Assembly (NCBI GenBank): GCA_024225395.1
Contig: JAAEMR010000159.1
Location: 811 to 64,810 of the forward strand
DNA: 64,000 nucleotides
Source of the DNA: Gammaproteobacteria bacterium
GTDB taxonomy: Bacteria > Pseudomonadota > Gammaproteobacteria > GCA-001735895
Direction: 5' to 3'
The position numbers and the translations under genes are program-made. The notes under the pieces are model-generated. The model did not search any database, had not been told where the DNA came from, and saw only the letters and a program-made list of their open reading frames with translations. Shown in pieces: positions 41,163 through 50,538 of the stretch. Positions within the stretch are counted from its first letter, which is position 1. Every line of letters starts with the position of its first letter.

Positions 41163-41232
41163 AGCCAAGGAACTCTGTGTTATATTTCCAGTCAATGTAC
41201 TGTATTCACTATTATAAAAAAACAAATAACTC

Positions 41233-42198
41233 ATGCTAGATACGTGGCCATTATTACAAAACTCACAGTTCCCTGAAATACATCGTTCAAAACTGGAAAT
41301 ATTACAGGTAAATTTAGGATACCTGTGCAACCAGACCTGTCTGCATTGTCATGTGAACGCAGGACCAAAGCGCACTGAATTAATGACCGCGCAAACCATC
41401 TCTGACATTTTAGCCGTGTTAAAGCAACCCGATGTTCACACACTGGATTTGACCGGAGGCGCACCGGAGATGAATCCTCTATTTCGCGAACTGGTCAGTG
41501 AAGCCACATCTATGGGCATAAAAGTTATCGATCGCTGCAACCTGAGCATACTGAGTGAACCGGGTTATGAAGATCTGACTGATTTTTTGACCCGACATAA
41601 AGTTGAAATTGTTGCATCCCTGCCCTGTTACCTGGAACAAAATGTCGATGGTCAGCGTGGTAAAGGCGTGTATCAAAAAAGTATTGATGGCTTACAAAAA
41701 CTGAACCAGGCTGGCTATGCCATTGATGGAACCGGTTTAACGCTGAATCTTGTTTATAACCCTACAGGACCTTACCTGCCACCGGGTCAGCAACAGCTCG
41801 AAACAGATTATAAAAACTTCCTGCAACAGAATTATCAGATTCGTTTCAATCAGCTTTTTACCATCACCAACATGCCCATTGCACGTTTTGGTAGCAGTTT
41901 AATTTCGCAGGGTAAATTTGAAGAGTATATGAATTTACTCAAAGACTCGATGAACCTCGCCAACATGAATGGCCTGATGTGTAAAAATCAGTTGAGTATC
42001 GACTGGTTGGGATACGTTTATGACTGTGACTTCAATCAAATGCTGAAACTGAATCTACAGCATCCACAGACACATAAAAACCTGCATATTCGAGATATCA
42101 TCGAACAGGATATGATTGATTTGGATATTATCGTGGCGGACCACTGTTTTGGCTGTACTGCCGGTCATGGAAGCAGTTGCGGTGGAGCACTGGATTAA
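41233..42198 (+). CDS. arsS: radical SAM / Cys-rich-domain protein of the rSAM-selenodomain (ArsS-like) family
   Basis: 321 aa. CNQTCLHC (Cx3Cx2C) near the N-terminus and a C-terminal ...HCFGCTAGHGSSCGGALD tail, characteristic of the family whose members are sometimes selenoproteins. Here the candidate position is Cys. Confidence 0.7.
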   Translation: MLDTWPLLQNSQFPEIHRSKLEILQVNLGYLCNQTCLHCHVNAGPKRTELMTAQTISDILAVLKQPDVHTLDLTGGAPEMNPLFRELVSEATSMGIKVIDRCNLSILSEPGYEDLTDFLTRHKVEIVASLPCYLEQNVDGQRGKGVYQKSIDGLQKLNQAGYAIDGTGLTLNLVYNPTGPYLPPGQQQLETDYKNFLQQNYQIRFNQLFTITNMPIARFGSSLISQGKFEEYMNLLKDSMNLANMNGLMCKNQLSIDWLGYVYDCDFNQMLKLNLQHPQTHKNLHIRDIIEQDMIDLDIIVADHCFGCTAGHGSSCGGALD

Positions 42199-42908
42199 AC
42201 ATCACCCGATACGTCATTATGACCGATAAAAATATTCTCTTTAGCGTCATAATGCCTACCCTTAATGAGTCGATCACTTTAACTCACTCAGTTACAAAAT
42301 TACTGGAATCTATCGAAAGCCATGCACAGGTTGAAATTATACTGAGTGATGGCGGCAGCGATGACAACAGCCTGAAACAGGTTCAACATTTCCCGATCAC
42401 TATTGTTAACTCCAAAAAAGGTCGTGCGCTGCAAATGAATGCAGGCGCTCGACAGGCCAACGGTGAGTGGTTACTATTTTTACATGCCGACACTCGATTA
42501 CCAGACAACTGGATGCAACTGATTCATAACTGTAAAGGTAACTGGGGAAGATTCGATGTACAGTTAAGCGGTCGACACTGGTTATTTCGAGTCATAGAAA
42601 AAGCCATGAACTGGCGCTCACAAAAAACATCCATAGCCACCGGAGACCAGGTATTATTCTTTAGACGGAATTTTTTTCATCAGCTGGAAGGTTTCCCTGA
42701 AATCCCCTTAATGGAGGATATTGCAATCAGTAAACTTGCCCGAAAATTTATTGCTGCCAACTGCATCGCTCAACCGGTAATTACTTCGAGCCGGCGCTGG
42801 GAAAAAAATGGCATACTACGCACAATCATTTTAATGTGGTCTTTGCGCCTGGCTTACTGGCTGGGTATAAAACCCGAACGATTGCACCGGATATACTACT
42901 CTTCCTGA
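42177..42908 (+). CDS. GT2-family glycosyltransferase (rSAM/selenodomain-associated transferase 2 type)
   Basis: 243 aa. ...ILFSVIMPTLNE... Its start overlaps arsS-like by 22 nt; an alternative in-frame start is ATG 42219. Confidence 0.65.
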   Translation: MRWSTGLNITRYVIMTDKNILFSVIMPTLNESITLTHSVTKLLESIESHAQVEIILSDGGSDDNSLKQVQHFPITIVNSKKGRALQMNAGARQANGEWLLFLHADTRLPDNWMQLIHNCKGNWGRFDVQLSGRHWLFRVIEKAMNWRSQKTSIATGDQVLFFRRNFFHQLEGFPEIPLMEDIAISKLARKFIAANCIAQPVITSSRRWEKNGILRTIILMWSLRLAYWLGIKPERLHRIYYSS

Positions 42909-42922
42909 GCTGAAGTTTTTAT

Positions 42923-43519
42923 ATGACACAGACCCTGATTCTACTTTTTGCAAAACCCCCGGTGGAAGGTAAAGTTAAAACAAGGCTTATCCCGGAACTG
43001 GGGGCAAAGTCTGCAACCGCTATTTATCGACATTGCCTGAAGAGCAATATTGAACTGATAAAACAATCCAATGTTGACTTTCAAATCTGGCTTACCGAAC
43101 CTTCTGAGCATCCACTTTTTGACAATGAGCCGGTAAAATACCAGCAAGGTCATAACCTCGGAGACAGGATGTTATACGCACTCACCGATGCTCTTTCCGA
43201 TCACACTAAAGCTATTTTAACAGGATCAGACTGCCTCGAATTAAGCACTCCGTTATTACAACGAGTCTGTGAAAAACTGGATCAACATGAGCTGGTTTTC
43301 ATTCCAGCTCACGATGGTGGTTATGTTCTGATCGCAGCCCAACAATCTATCGACCCGGTCATATTTAAAGATATTGAATGGAGTTCAGAAAAGGTGCTGA
43401 CCCAGACACTTGAACGAGCCATGCAGGCAGGCATAGATACTGCCGTATTAAACCCCTTAAGAGATATTGATCGAGTGGATGATGTGCAACATTATGCAGA
43501 ACTCAAACAGTATTTATAA
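42923..43519 (+). CDS. DUF2064 nucleotidyltransferase-fold protein (rSAM/selenodomain-associated transferase 1 type)
   Basis: 198 aa. MTQTLILLFAKPPVEGKVKTRL... has a CofC/MobA-like fold signature. It is the third gene of the cassette. Confidence 0.6.
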   Translation: MTQTLILLFAKPPVEGKVKTRLIPELGAKSATAIYRHCLKSNIELIKQSNVDFQIWLTEPSEHPLFDNEPVKYQQGHNLGDRMLYALTDALSDHTKAILTGSDCLELSTPLLQRVCEKLDQHELVFIPAHDGGYVLIAAQQSIDPVIFKDIEWSSEKVLTQTLERAMQAGIDTAVLNPLRDIDRVDDVQHYAELKQYL

Positions 43520-43550
43520 TCCATTTTTTTAGACTCAATCTACACGACTT

Positions 43551-44558
43551 ATGTTATACCCATTGCTTGTCAGACCTTTCGTTTTTGCCCAGGACGCAGA
43601 AACAGCACATGAAACCAGCCTCGAATTACTCAATACATTTAGTTACCTGATTCCCAACACTTTACATCGAAAACCGGTTAAGGTGATGGGACTTGATTTT
43701 CCCAACCCTGTTGGACTGGCTGCAGGTCTGGATAAAAATGCCGATTATTTACCCGGACTCGGGCGACTGGGTTTTGGTTTTATCGAGGTCGGTACAGTTA
43801 CTCCGCGGGCACAGGCAGGAAACCCGAAACCACGTTTATTTCGCCTGACAAAACATAACAGCATTATTAATCGAATGGGCTTTAACAACAAAGGTGTCGA
43901 TTACTTGCTCAACAACATCCGTCAATTGCCAAAACATGACTATATCCTCGGCATCAATATCGGCAAAAATTTAACCACTGCGGTGGATAAAGCCCTGGAT
44001 GATTACACGCTGGCCCTGCAGCAGGTTTATACTTCGGCTGATTACATCACCATCAATATTTCTTCACCCAATACACCCGGGCTGAGAAACTTACAATCCG
44101 AGGAAGCCCTGGAAGCATTGTTAAAAGGTATTAACGAATGCCGAAAAGGTTTGCAGGATGAACATCAGCTCAACCGTCCCATTGCTCTTAAGGTTGCCCC
44201 TGACCTTGACAATCAGGCCATAGCCCCTATTTCAGATTTACTGGTTAAATATAATATTGATGCATTAATAGCAACCAACACCACGCTGGATAAATCCAAC
44301 GTGATGGGACACCCGGCAGCTATCGAAGCCGGCGGTTTAAGCGGTGCTGCTTTAACCGACAAATCCCGCCAGGTGCTGTATCAATTTCATCAACAGTTAC
44401 AGGATCAAATTCCAATCATTTCTGCCGGCGGTATCGATAGCCCTGAAGAAGCACAATTACGTCTTGATCTGGGGGCTAAACTGGTTCAACTGTATAGCGC
44501 AATAATTTTCAAAGGGCCCGGTATCATTAATAAAATCACTAAATCCATTACAGCTTAG
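43551..44558 (+). CDS. pyrD: dihydroorotate dehydrogenase (quinone), class 2
   Basis: 335 aa. ...GLDFPNPVGLAAGLDKN...GFGFIEVGTVTP... shows class 2 DHODH motifs. Confidence 0.9.
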   Translation: MLYPLLVRPFVFAQDAETAHETSLELLNTFSYLIPNTLHRKPVKVMGLDFPNPVGLAAGLDKNADYLPGLGRLGFGFIEVGTVTPRAQAGNPKPRLFRLTKHNSIINRMGFNNKGVDYLLNNIRQLPKHDYILGINIGKNLTTAVDKALDDYTLALQQVYTSADYITINISSPNTPGLRNLQSEEALEALLKGINECRKGLQDEHQLNRPIALKVAPDLDNQAIAPISDLLVKYNIDALIATNTTLDKSNVMGHPAAIEAGGLSGAALTDKSRQVLYQFHQQLQDQIPIISAGGIDSPEEAQLRLDLGAKLVQLYSAIIFKGPGIINKITKSITA

Positions 44559-44600
44559 TGGTTAGATTGAAAGGCTTTGTGCTAATATTTATTAACTTTA

Positions 44601-44743
44601 TTCACCACGAAGTTCACAAAGAACACGAAATCTTTCCCGAGTAATTTAGATAATTGTTTTATGAAGCCAATAGCTTATCCAATGGTGAAGCTATGAGGTG
44701 AAAACATATTTATCTTCGTGCTCTTCGTAAGCTTCGTGGTAAA
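44601..44743. repeat. CACGAAG-heptad inverted-repeat element, copy 5
   Basis: TTCACCACGAAGTTCACAAAGAACACGAAATC ... TCTTCGTGCTCTTCGTAAGCTTCGTGGTAAA. Downstream of pyrD. Confidence 0.55.
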
Positions 44744-44779
44744 AATATTTTATAACAACTAAAACCTTATTTAGACACC

Positions 44780-45178
44780 ATGAATGTAGAAGAAATTGCC
44801 CAAAACTGGATGGATAACTGTTGTCAGACTATCCAGCAATATGATCATCCATCACACATGAATTTAATTTCCAAAGATGTGCAGGTATTCGGCATCCCGG
44901 GTTTTGAAGTTATTGGTTATGATGACTGGTTTTCACAATGTGAACATGAATTTAGTGAAAAGCTGATTGAAAAAGCCTCTTATGAAGGACTAAAAGTTCG
45001 TCAGAGTAATAATAGCCAGATCATGTTTCTAACCAATGAATCGGTACTTGCGACCGATGGCACTAGCGACTCTCACCCCATTGAAATAGTCCTGTCCAAA
45101 GAGCAGGATGGTTCCTGGAGAGTCACTCAGGAACGCTTACTATCAGAAGAAGAGGCAAGCCACCTGGGGATAAGTTAA
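44780..45178 (+). CDS. hypothetical protein (possible NTF2/SnoaL-like fold)
   Basis: 132-aa ORF. Its stop abuts the start of the next ORF (45178/45179). Confidence 0.35.
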   Translation: MNVEEIAQNWMDNCCQTIQQYDHPSHMNLISKDVQVFGIPGFEVIGYDDWFSQCEHEFSEKLIEKASYEGLKVRQSNNSQIMFLTNESVLATDGTSDSHPIEIVLSKEQDGSWRVTQERLLSEEEASHLGIS

Positions 45179-45898
45179 GTGCCCGCTCTTGCATCGATGG
45201 ATGATGCCCGGCAGTATTTTCAAAAGCTGCCCGCTGAATTATCCATCTATTTCGATAATGCTTACCAGAAAGCGTTTGACCAGATAATGGAGGCCCTGGA
45301 ACAGTTTTTCGATATCACATCAACGGTTAACCAGCAAGCATCAGATGATCATGTCATTAGCAGTACTGAAGCAACTGAAATCGGAGACCATGGTTTTATC
45401 CTGCTACTCAAACTGGTCAACCTGATGGAAAAACTTGACCTGCCCCATAAACGCAAGGAAATAGAACAGATATCACTGATTTTTGCGCGCTGGGTCATCC
45501 ACTTCAACGGCCAGCTCAAACATATTGAACCCGTCGTGAATGCCTTTGCCCACTCGGCCAACAGTATGAATGAAAAAAAATCATTGCTGGCTCTGGTAGA
45601 ATTAATGAATATGGTTGTCGATGCCAGCTCCAATGAAATCAAACATGACCTGGAAAGTAGTAATATATATCGCCCCTGGCGTTTACTGCATATTAACCGG
45701 GGCATTGTCGCGACACGTACCCATGATACGGACATCATGAAAAAAGTATTTGATGAAATGATTTTGTATTTACCACAGGATGCAGCCGGTTTCTTCAGTG
45801 AAGGCATGCAGGAAATGGATGCACTGGATTACCCGCCAAATGTCCGTAAAATCATCGAAGAATATTTTTTACATCAACCTAAAATGAAATTACATTAA
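45179..45898 (+). CDS. hypothetical protein
   Basis: 239-aa ORF with a GTG start at 45179, or ATG at 45197. No recognised domain. Confidence 0.4.
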   Translation: MPALASMDDARQYFQKLPAELSIYFDNAYQKAFDQIMEALEQFFDITSTVNQQASDDHVISSTEATEIGDHGFILLLKLVNLMEKLDLPHKRKEIEQISLIFARWVIHFNGQLKHIEPVVNAFAHSANSMNEKKSLLALVELMNMVVDASSNEIKHDLESSNIYRPWRLLHINRGIVATRTHDTDIMKKVFDEMILYLPQDAAGFFSEGMQEMDALDYPPNVRKIIEEYFLHQPKMKLH

Positions 45899-45913
45899 AG
45901 AAGAAGCCCTCCT

Positions 45914-46792
45914 ATGAGTGAACAAAACTTTGAAGTGAATGATTTTATTTTCGATGCCAATGCTTCTAATTTTGAACAACTGGTGCTGAAAAATTCATTA
46001 CTGGGCCCGGTACTTGTGCATTTCTGGTCTCCTAAAGCGGGCCCCAGCTTTCGCCTTTACCCGGTTCTGGAAAGTCTCATTAAATCTTATAAAGGGTCTT
46101 TTTTACTGGTCAATATTAATATTGAAGATAACAACAGCATCAGCCATGATTATGCTATTACCAGCGTGCCCACCATAAAACTGTTCGCTCAGGGAAAGGT
46201 CGTTGAAACCCTGTTTGGCTACCAGGATGAGCAGGATTTACGTTTTATGCTGGATCAATATGTTGCCTCTGAGAATGACATCATTATTCACCAGTCTCTT
46301 CTATTATTCGAACAGGGCGAAATTGAAAAAGCTTACCAACAACTCGGACAAGCCGCCTTAAGTAATCCTCAATATTATAAGTTGCCCCTGACCATTGCCA
46401 CCATGATGCGCAGCGAAGGAAGAATTACCGAGGCACTAAGCCTGCTTACATCATTACCTGAAATGGTACGAGAAAAACCCGCCTGCAAGCGCCTGTTAAT
46501 TGAATGTGACTTTGCTGACATGGCTTCACCGGTCATGGATGCTAATAATTTAATCCCTTTTGTGCGGGAAAACATGGATGAATTACCGGCAGTTAAGCTA
46601 CTAGCTGCCTGGCATGTGACACAAAAAGATTTTAAATCCGCATTAGAGCTTTTTCAAAATATTATGCACAGAGACAGAAATTTTGAAGATGACCTTGGTC
46701 GACGCAGCATTGTAAAAATTCTTGCTTTACTGGATGATAAGCATCCGTTTATCAAACGATATCGAGACATTATTCGAAAGTTGAATAATTAA
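45914..46792 (+). CDS. ybbN: thioredoxin-fold plus TPR co-chaperone YbbN/CnoX-like
   Basis: 292 aa. N-terminal thioredoxin-like domain with WSPKAG replacing WCGPC, followed by TPR-like helical repeats. Confidence 0.65.
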   Translation: MSEQNFEVNDFIFDANASNFEQLVLKNSLLGPVLVHFWSPKAGPSFRLYPVLESLIKSYKGSFLLVNINIEDNNSISHDYAITSVPTIKLFAQGKVVETLFGYQDEQDLRFMLDQYVASENDIIIHQSLLLFEQGEIEKAYQQLGQAALSNPQYYKLPLTIATMMRSEGRITEALSLLTSLPEMVREKPACKRLLIECDFADMASPVMDANNLIPFVRENMDELPAVKLLAAWHVTQKDFKSALELFQNIMHRDRNFEDDLGRRSIVKILALLDDKHPFIKRYRDIIRKLNN

Positions 46793-47221
46793 ATTTGTCC
46801 CGCCCGGTGGCTATGGCATAAATAGCTATACTGCCCCTGCCTTTCCACCCGGATGTACAAAGACATAACATCTGTGAAAAATGTGGATTATTGAACTATA
46901 TTAACTGATAGCTCCATCAACATCACCCTCCAGTTAATCAATTTATTCAACCGCAGTGACCAGCGTCTGGCCAGAGATATTGAGAGCCTGAAGGAAAAAC
47001 TATCATCACTCAAAAATGATTTATTTGAGCTGACTGAATCCAGAATGGATATAACCCGGCGATACCCGGCAATGGCTATCTCTACTTTACAGATGCCTGT
47101 TGCTTCGTCTGTTGTGTAAACCTAAAAAATTGTGAACAGTTCATCGACTTTATAAATCACCAACCGGTTAATCTTTGATAGTAACATCATCGTTTTAAAT
47201 TATTTCAGCAAAAAATGATCA

Positions 47222-47836
47222 TCAGGCTTTTGGTACGAAAGCGACCTCATCCCCGTTGAATAATTTTTGATCAGGCGTTGAAAACTGCTTATTAACCGTG
47301 ATGGTTAATCGATCAGGGTCTAGAGCTTCTTTCCACTCTTCACCTTTCTCAGTAAGCTGCTGAATAACATCAGCAACCCTTTGATTATCAGGTAATATCA
47401 TTTCTAACTTTTCGAGACCGAGTGCATCAACCAGTCCAATAAAAAACAACACGGTAATAGCATTCTCACCCTGATTATTATTATGAAAGTCGGCTAGTTG
47501 CTGCTGATATGCCGACCAGTTAGCTTCAAAATTATCACCCAGCTCCTTCAGTGTCTTCCAGGAATACACTCCCGTATCATGTCCATCATCAAATAATAAT
47601 CGAACAGCATAAGAGCCCATGGGTTCTACGCTATCGATATTCACCCGATCTTTACCCAGAATGAGCTCTCCACGTTTTTTAGCCACCCTGACTTCAGCCG
47701 AGGGTGAAAACACACGCAGGTATTCAAAGGGCATATTGAATTCAGAGCCATCGCTAAAATGTATTTCAAATTGACGTGATTTTTGATGCACGGCAATATG
47801 CGTGGGATGGACATTATCTTCTTGCTGTTCACTCAT
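47222..47836 (-). CDS. DUF971 domain fused to a MoaD/ThiS-like beta-grasp domain lacking the C-terminal Gly-Gly
   Basis: 204 aa. The N-terminal half is paralogous to ORF 2493-2855. The C-terminal half ITVLFFIGLVDALG...GDEVAFVPKA* aligns to MoaD (VLFFAQVRELVG...GDEVAFFPPVTGG) but ends without GG. Confidence 0.6.
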   Translation of the reverse strand: MSEQQEDNVHPTHIAVHQKSRQFEIHFSDGSEFNMPFEYLRVFSPSAEVRVAKKRGELILGKDRVNIDSVEPMGSYAVRLLFDDGHDTGVYSWKTLKELGDNFEANWSAYQQQLADFHNNNQGENAITVLFFIGLVDALGLEKLEMILPDNQRVADVIQQLTEKGEEWKEALDPDRLTITVNKQFSTPDQKLFNGDEVAFVPKA

Positions 47837-48648
47837 AATATTTCCAGACTAACCTCATAACCCGCATATTTACGGATATTAATCACACCCTGTTCAAAAA
47901 TCAGGTACTGACCTTTAATCGCCATCAATGTATCTTCAATAACAGGGTTTTTATCCAGATTAAAACTGGTGATTTTTTCAGGGTACTTCAACGCTGGAAA
48001 ACTAATTTCCTGTTGTGTTTCAGTTTCAGCAATAACCGTTAAATCATCCAGTAACTCAGCATTTAGCTGCTCTTTTACCTGCGGCCAGACATCCTGAAAC
48101 ACAGCTAACAGGTCCACCTCTGAGTAATGATTCTTCAGCATACTGCGCCAGTTGGTTTTATCATTTAAAAATTGCTTAAAGACCGTTTCTATCAAACCTG
48201 AGTAATAACGCTTTGAGACTTTTAAAATAGCCAAAGCCTGTACCGCACCCTGATCTATCCAGCGAGTTGGTAATTGCGTATGCCGTGTAATTCCGACTTT
48301 AACCCCGGAAGTATTGGATAAATAGATGTAATGATCCTGCAAGCAATGATCTTCTCCCCATTCCGGTTCACGACAGGTTCCCTGATCATAGTGACACTTT
48401 TCCGGGGATACGATACAGATATCACATTGTGCCAGCGAGCGAAAACAGGGATAACAATAGCCCTGGCTAAAACTTTTACTGGTTTTCCGGCCACAGTGTA
48501 TACAGTGTATGGCCTGCAATGAAGTCAGTCGTAATCGTTTCCCCAGATGCTCGTGCAATTCAACTGTAGAGCCAGCTAAATTTAACTGATAATGAACGGG
48601 GTCTGCCAGACTCACCTGCATTTTGTGCAATGCACCTTCAAACTTCAT
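47833..48648 (-). CDS. DUF2797-like Cys-rich (zinc-ribbon) protein
   Basis: 271 aa with the cluster HCIHCGRK...CYPCF...CDIC...CHYDQGTC. Overlaps tpm by 11 nt and the downstream gene by 4 nt. Confidence 0.5.
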   Translation of the reverse strand: MKFEGALHKMQVSLADPVHYQLNLAGSTVELHEHLGKRLRLTSLQAIHCIHCGRKTSKSFSQGYCYPCFRSLAQCDICIVSPEKCHYDQGTCREPEWGEDHCLQDHYIYLSNTSGVKVGITRHTQLPTRWIDQGAVQALAILKVSKRYYSGLIETVFKQFLNDKTNWRSMLKNHYSEVDLLAVFQDVWPQVKEQLNAELLDDLTVIAETETQQEISFPALKYPEKITSFNLDKNPVIEDTLMAIKGQYLIFEQGVINIRKYAGYEVSLEIL

Positions 48649-49318
48649 TCGCGGTTAACCTCAGCGCTGATTCGAGTAAAGAGCCTAACCCGATTTCACG
48701 CCATTTAGGACGTTCCTCTATTTGCTCATTGCTTTGCAGTAATTCCAACTGATACTCCGGGAGGTACAATTCTTCAACTTCACTCACCGGCACCGAAAAT
48801 GGCGGGCCTTGCATAACAGTCTGATCATAATCCAGTGTGACCAGTAACATCGGTGTACCGGGTGAAACTATGTCCAGCATTTTAAGTTTATAGGACTTTC
48901 GATTAAATGATTCGATGGCGACAATTGATGCACGGTCATAAACAAGTTTGCAGCCCGTTAGATAATCCGCCTGCATATTCATGTAGTTCCCCTGATAAAG
49001 GGTAATACCCGGAGATTCATAAGCCACCAGGTTTTCATGCTGTACTTTTACAAAATCGATATCAGATTCCGCAAAAAATGATTCAATCGCAACCTCGGAT
49101 AATTCGACACCAACCACCTGATAACCCTGTTGAGACAACCATAAGATATCAACTGCTTTACCGCATAACGGCATGAAAATAGTGTCGCCGGGTTGTAGCT
49201 TATATAAGGGTAAAAACTGTTCCAGGTAGGAATTCACCTGCCCTTCATGAAAACCGGGGGATTTCCGCGTCCAGTGACTATGCCAATCTACAGTTTGTTT
49301 CATCAGTCGAGCCTGCAA
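48638..49318 (-). CDS. tpm: thiopurine S-methyltransferase family (bacterial Se/Te-methylating Tpm)
   Basis: 226 aa. ...WHSHWTRKSPGFHEGQVNSYLEQF...GDTIFMPLCGKAVDILWLSQQGYQVVGVELSEVAI... shows the typical TPMT N-terminus and SAM-binding motif. Confidence 0.75.
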   Translation of the reverse strand: MQARLMKQTVDWHSHWTRKSPGFHEGQVNSYLEQFLPLYKLQPGDTIFMPLCGKAVDILWLSQQGYQVVGVELSEVAIESFFAESDIDFVKVQHENLVAYESPGITLYQGNYMNMQADYLTGCKLVYDRASIVAIESFNRKSYKLKMLDIVSPGTPMLLVTLDYDQTVMQGPPFSVPVSEVEELYLPEYQLELLQSNEQIEERPKWREIGLGSLLESALRLTANEV

Positions 49319-49426
49319 AAAGAACGCAGCTTATCTAAATTTGATGGAATTTAAAACGTTAATGTCACCGGGGAATTAATTTGGCAGCTCCCGGACGGGC
49401 GCTGCCAGAATATTTATCAGCTGAAA

Positions 49427-49648
49427 TTAATCAGAAGATTTTACATTGCAGGTGTTGATTCCAAAAATCGCGTATGGAGGACACCAGCCAATCGAAGCCG
49501 TAAATAACATAACTACTCCAACAACAGCAGCAACTATACCCAGTGTTGCACCTTCTAATGCACCCAGCACAGTAAATGCAGCAGCTAAAGCAACAAGTCC
49601 AACGATTGCGCGAATTACGCGTTCAGTAGTTCCAACATTCTTTTTCAT
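49427..49648 (-). CDS. DUF2892 (YgaP-like) small inner-membrane protein
   Basis: 73 aa. Two TM helices and GWCPPYAIFGINTC match the DUF2892 pattern. Confidence 0.5.
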   Translation of the reverse strand: MKKNVGTTERVIRAIVGLVALAAAFTVLGALEGATLGIVAAVVGVVMLFTASIGWCPPYAIFGINTCNVKSSD

Positions 49649-49741
49649 AATAAAGTCTCCAGTTAAGATGAAACAGATTATAAGGACTTAACCAGGAAAG
49701 GTCGGTGACAATGTCACTGACTTTAGAAATTAATGAAAACA

Positions 49742-50419
49742 TTATTGTTTAGACAGTTCGATAACCGCTTTAGCATTGATAATTTCGATACTGCCCCGGC
49801 TTGAAACGAGCAGCTCACGCTGAGCCATATCACGTAGAATGCGGCTAACAACCTCTCTCGAACTACCCACATCAGCGGCCAGATCTGCATGAGTTTTATG
49901 AATAATGGCGCCTCCTTTTGCAAGTTCACGGGCAAACTGCTCTGCCAGACGAACATCGATGCGCTTAAAGGCAACTTCTTCGACCACCGAAATAATACTG
50001 GATAAGCGATGCGATAAAAGCCCGAAAATAAACTGCTGCCATTGCTGATCCTGACAAAACCACTGTCTGACATTAGCCTGGGGGATTAACAACACTCTAA
50101 CAGGCGTTTCAGTCATCGCCATAGCGGGAAAATTATCCTGATTCATGATGCAGGAAGCCGTTAGCACGCAGCTCTCACCCCCGTATATTCGATACAGGGT
50201 CACTTCCCGCCCGCTAGCAGATAACTTATAAACCCGTCCTATACCGTCAACAATCATCGCCAGGTTCGAGCATTGCTGTCCTTCTTCACAAATAGAAACA
50301 CCGGCTGGAATCTCCGAGTATTGAGCCTCAGCATAAAATGCTGCTACAAAATCCGGCTGCCCCTGTTTTATAAAAGGAAAAAGTTTTTCAAACTCAGCCT
50401 GTTGTACTGAAGAGATCAT
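49742..50419 (-). CDS. Crp/Fnr-family transcriptional regulator (FixK/Dnr-like, no FNR Cys cluster)
   Basis: 225 aa with a cNMP-binding fold and a C-terminal HTH whose recognition helix SREVVSRILRD (E--SR) predicts binding to TTGAT-type boxes. It lacks the N-terminal Cys cluster of true FNR. Confidence 0.75.
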   Translation of the reverse strand: MISSVQQAEFEKLFPFIKQGQPDFVAAFYAEAQYSEIPAGVSICEEGQQCSNLAMIVDGIGRVYKLSASGREVTLYRIYGGESCVLTASCIMNQDNFPAMAMTETPVRVLLIPQANVRQWFCQDQQWQQFIFGLLSHRLSSIISVVEEVAFKRIDVRLAEQFARELAKGGAIIHKTHADLAADVGSSREVVSRILRDMAQRELLVSSRGSIEIINAKAVIELSKQ

Positions 50420-50538
50420 TGCAAACCTGTTAATAAAATCAATAGGGTATTAAATATCAGAAGCTTTTTAATAGCCATGACAAAATAGCTATTAAAAGTA
50501 AAATCAAAGGTAAGCTGCTATAAAAACAGGGGGAGGAT

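Noticed and set aside
46925-47120. Open frame encoding ...LINLFNRSDQRLARDIESLKEKLSSLKNDLFELTESRMDITRRYPAMAISTLQMPVASSVV in the ybbN/DUF971 convergent gap
   Set aside because: It has no ATG/GTG start with an RBS in frame and was not in the ORF track. It could be a small coiled-coil gene with a non-canonical start, but the evidence is insufficient.
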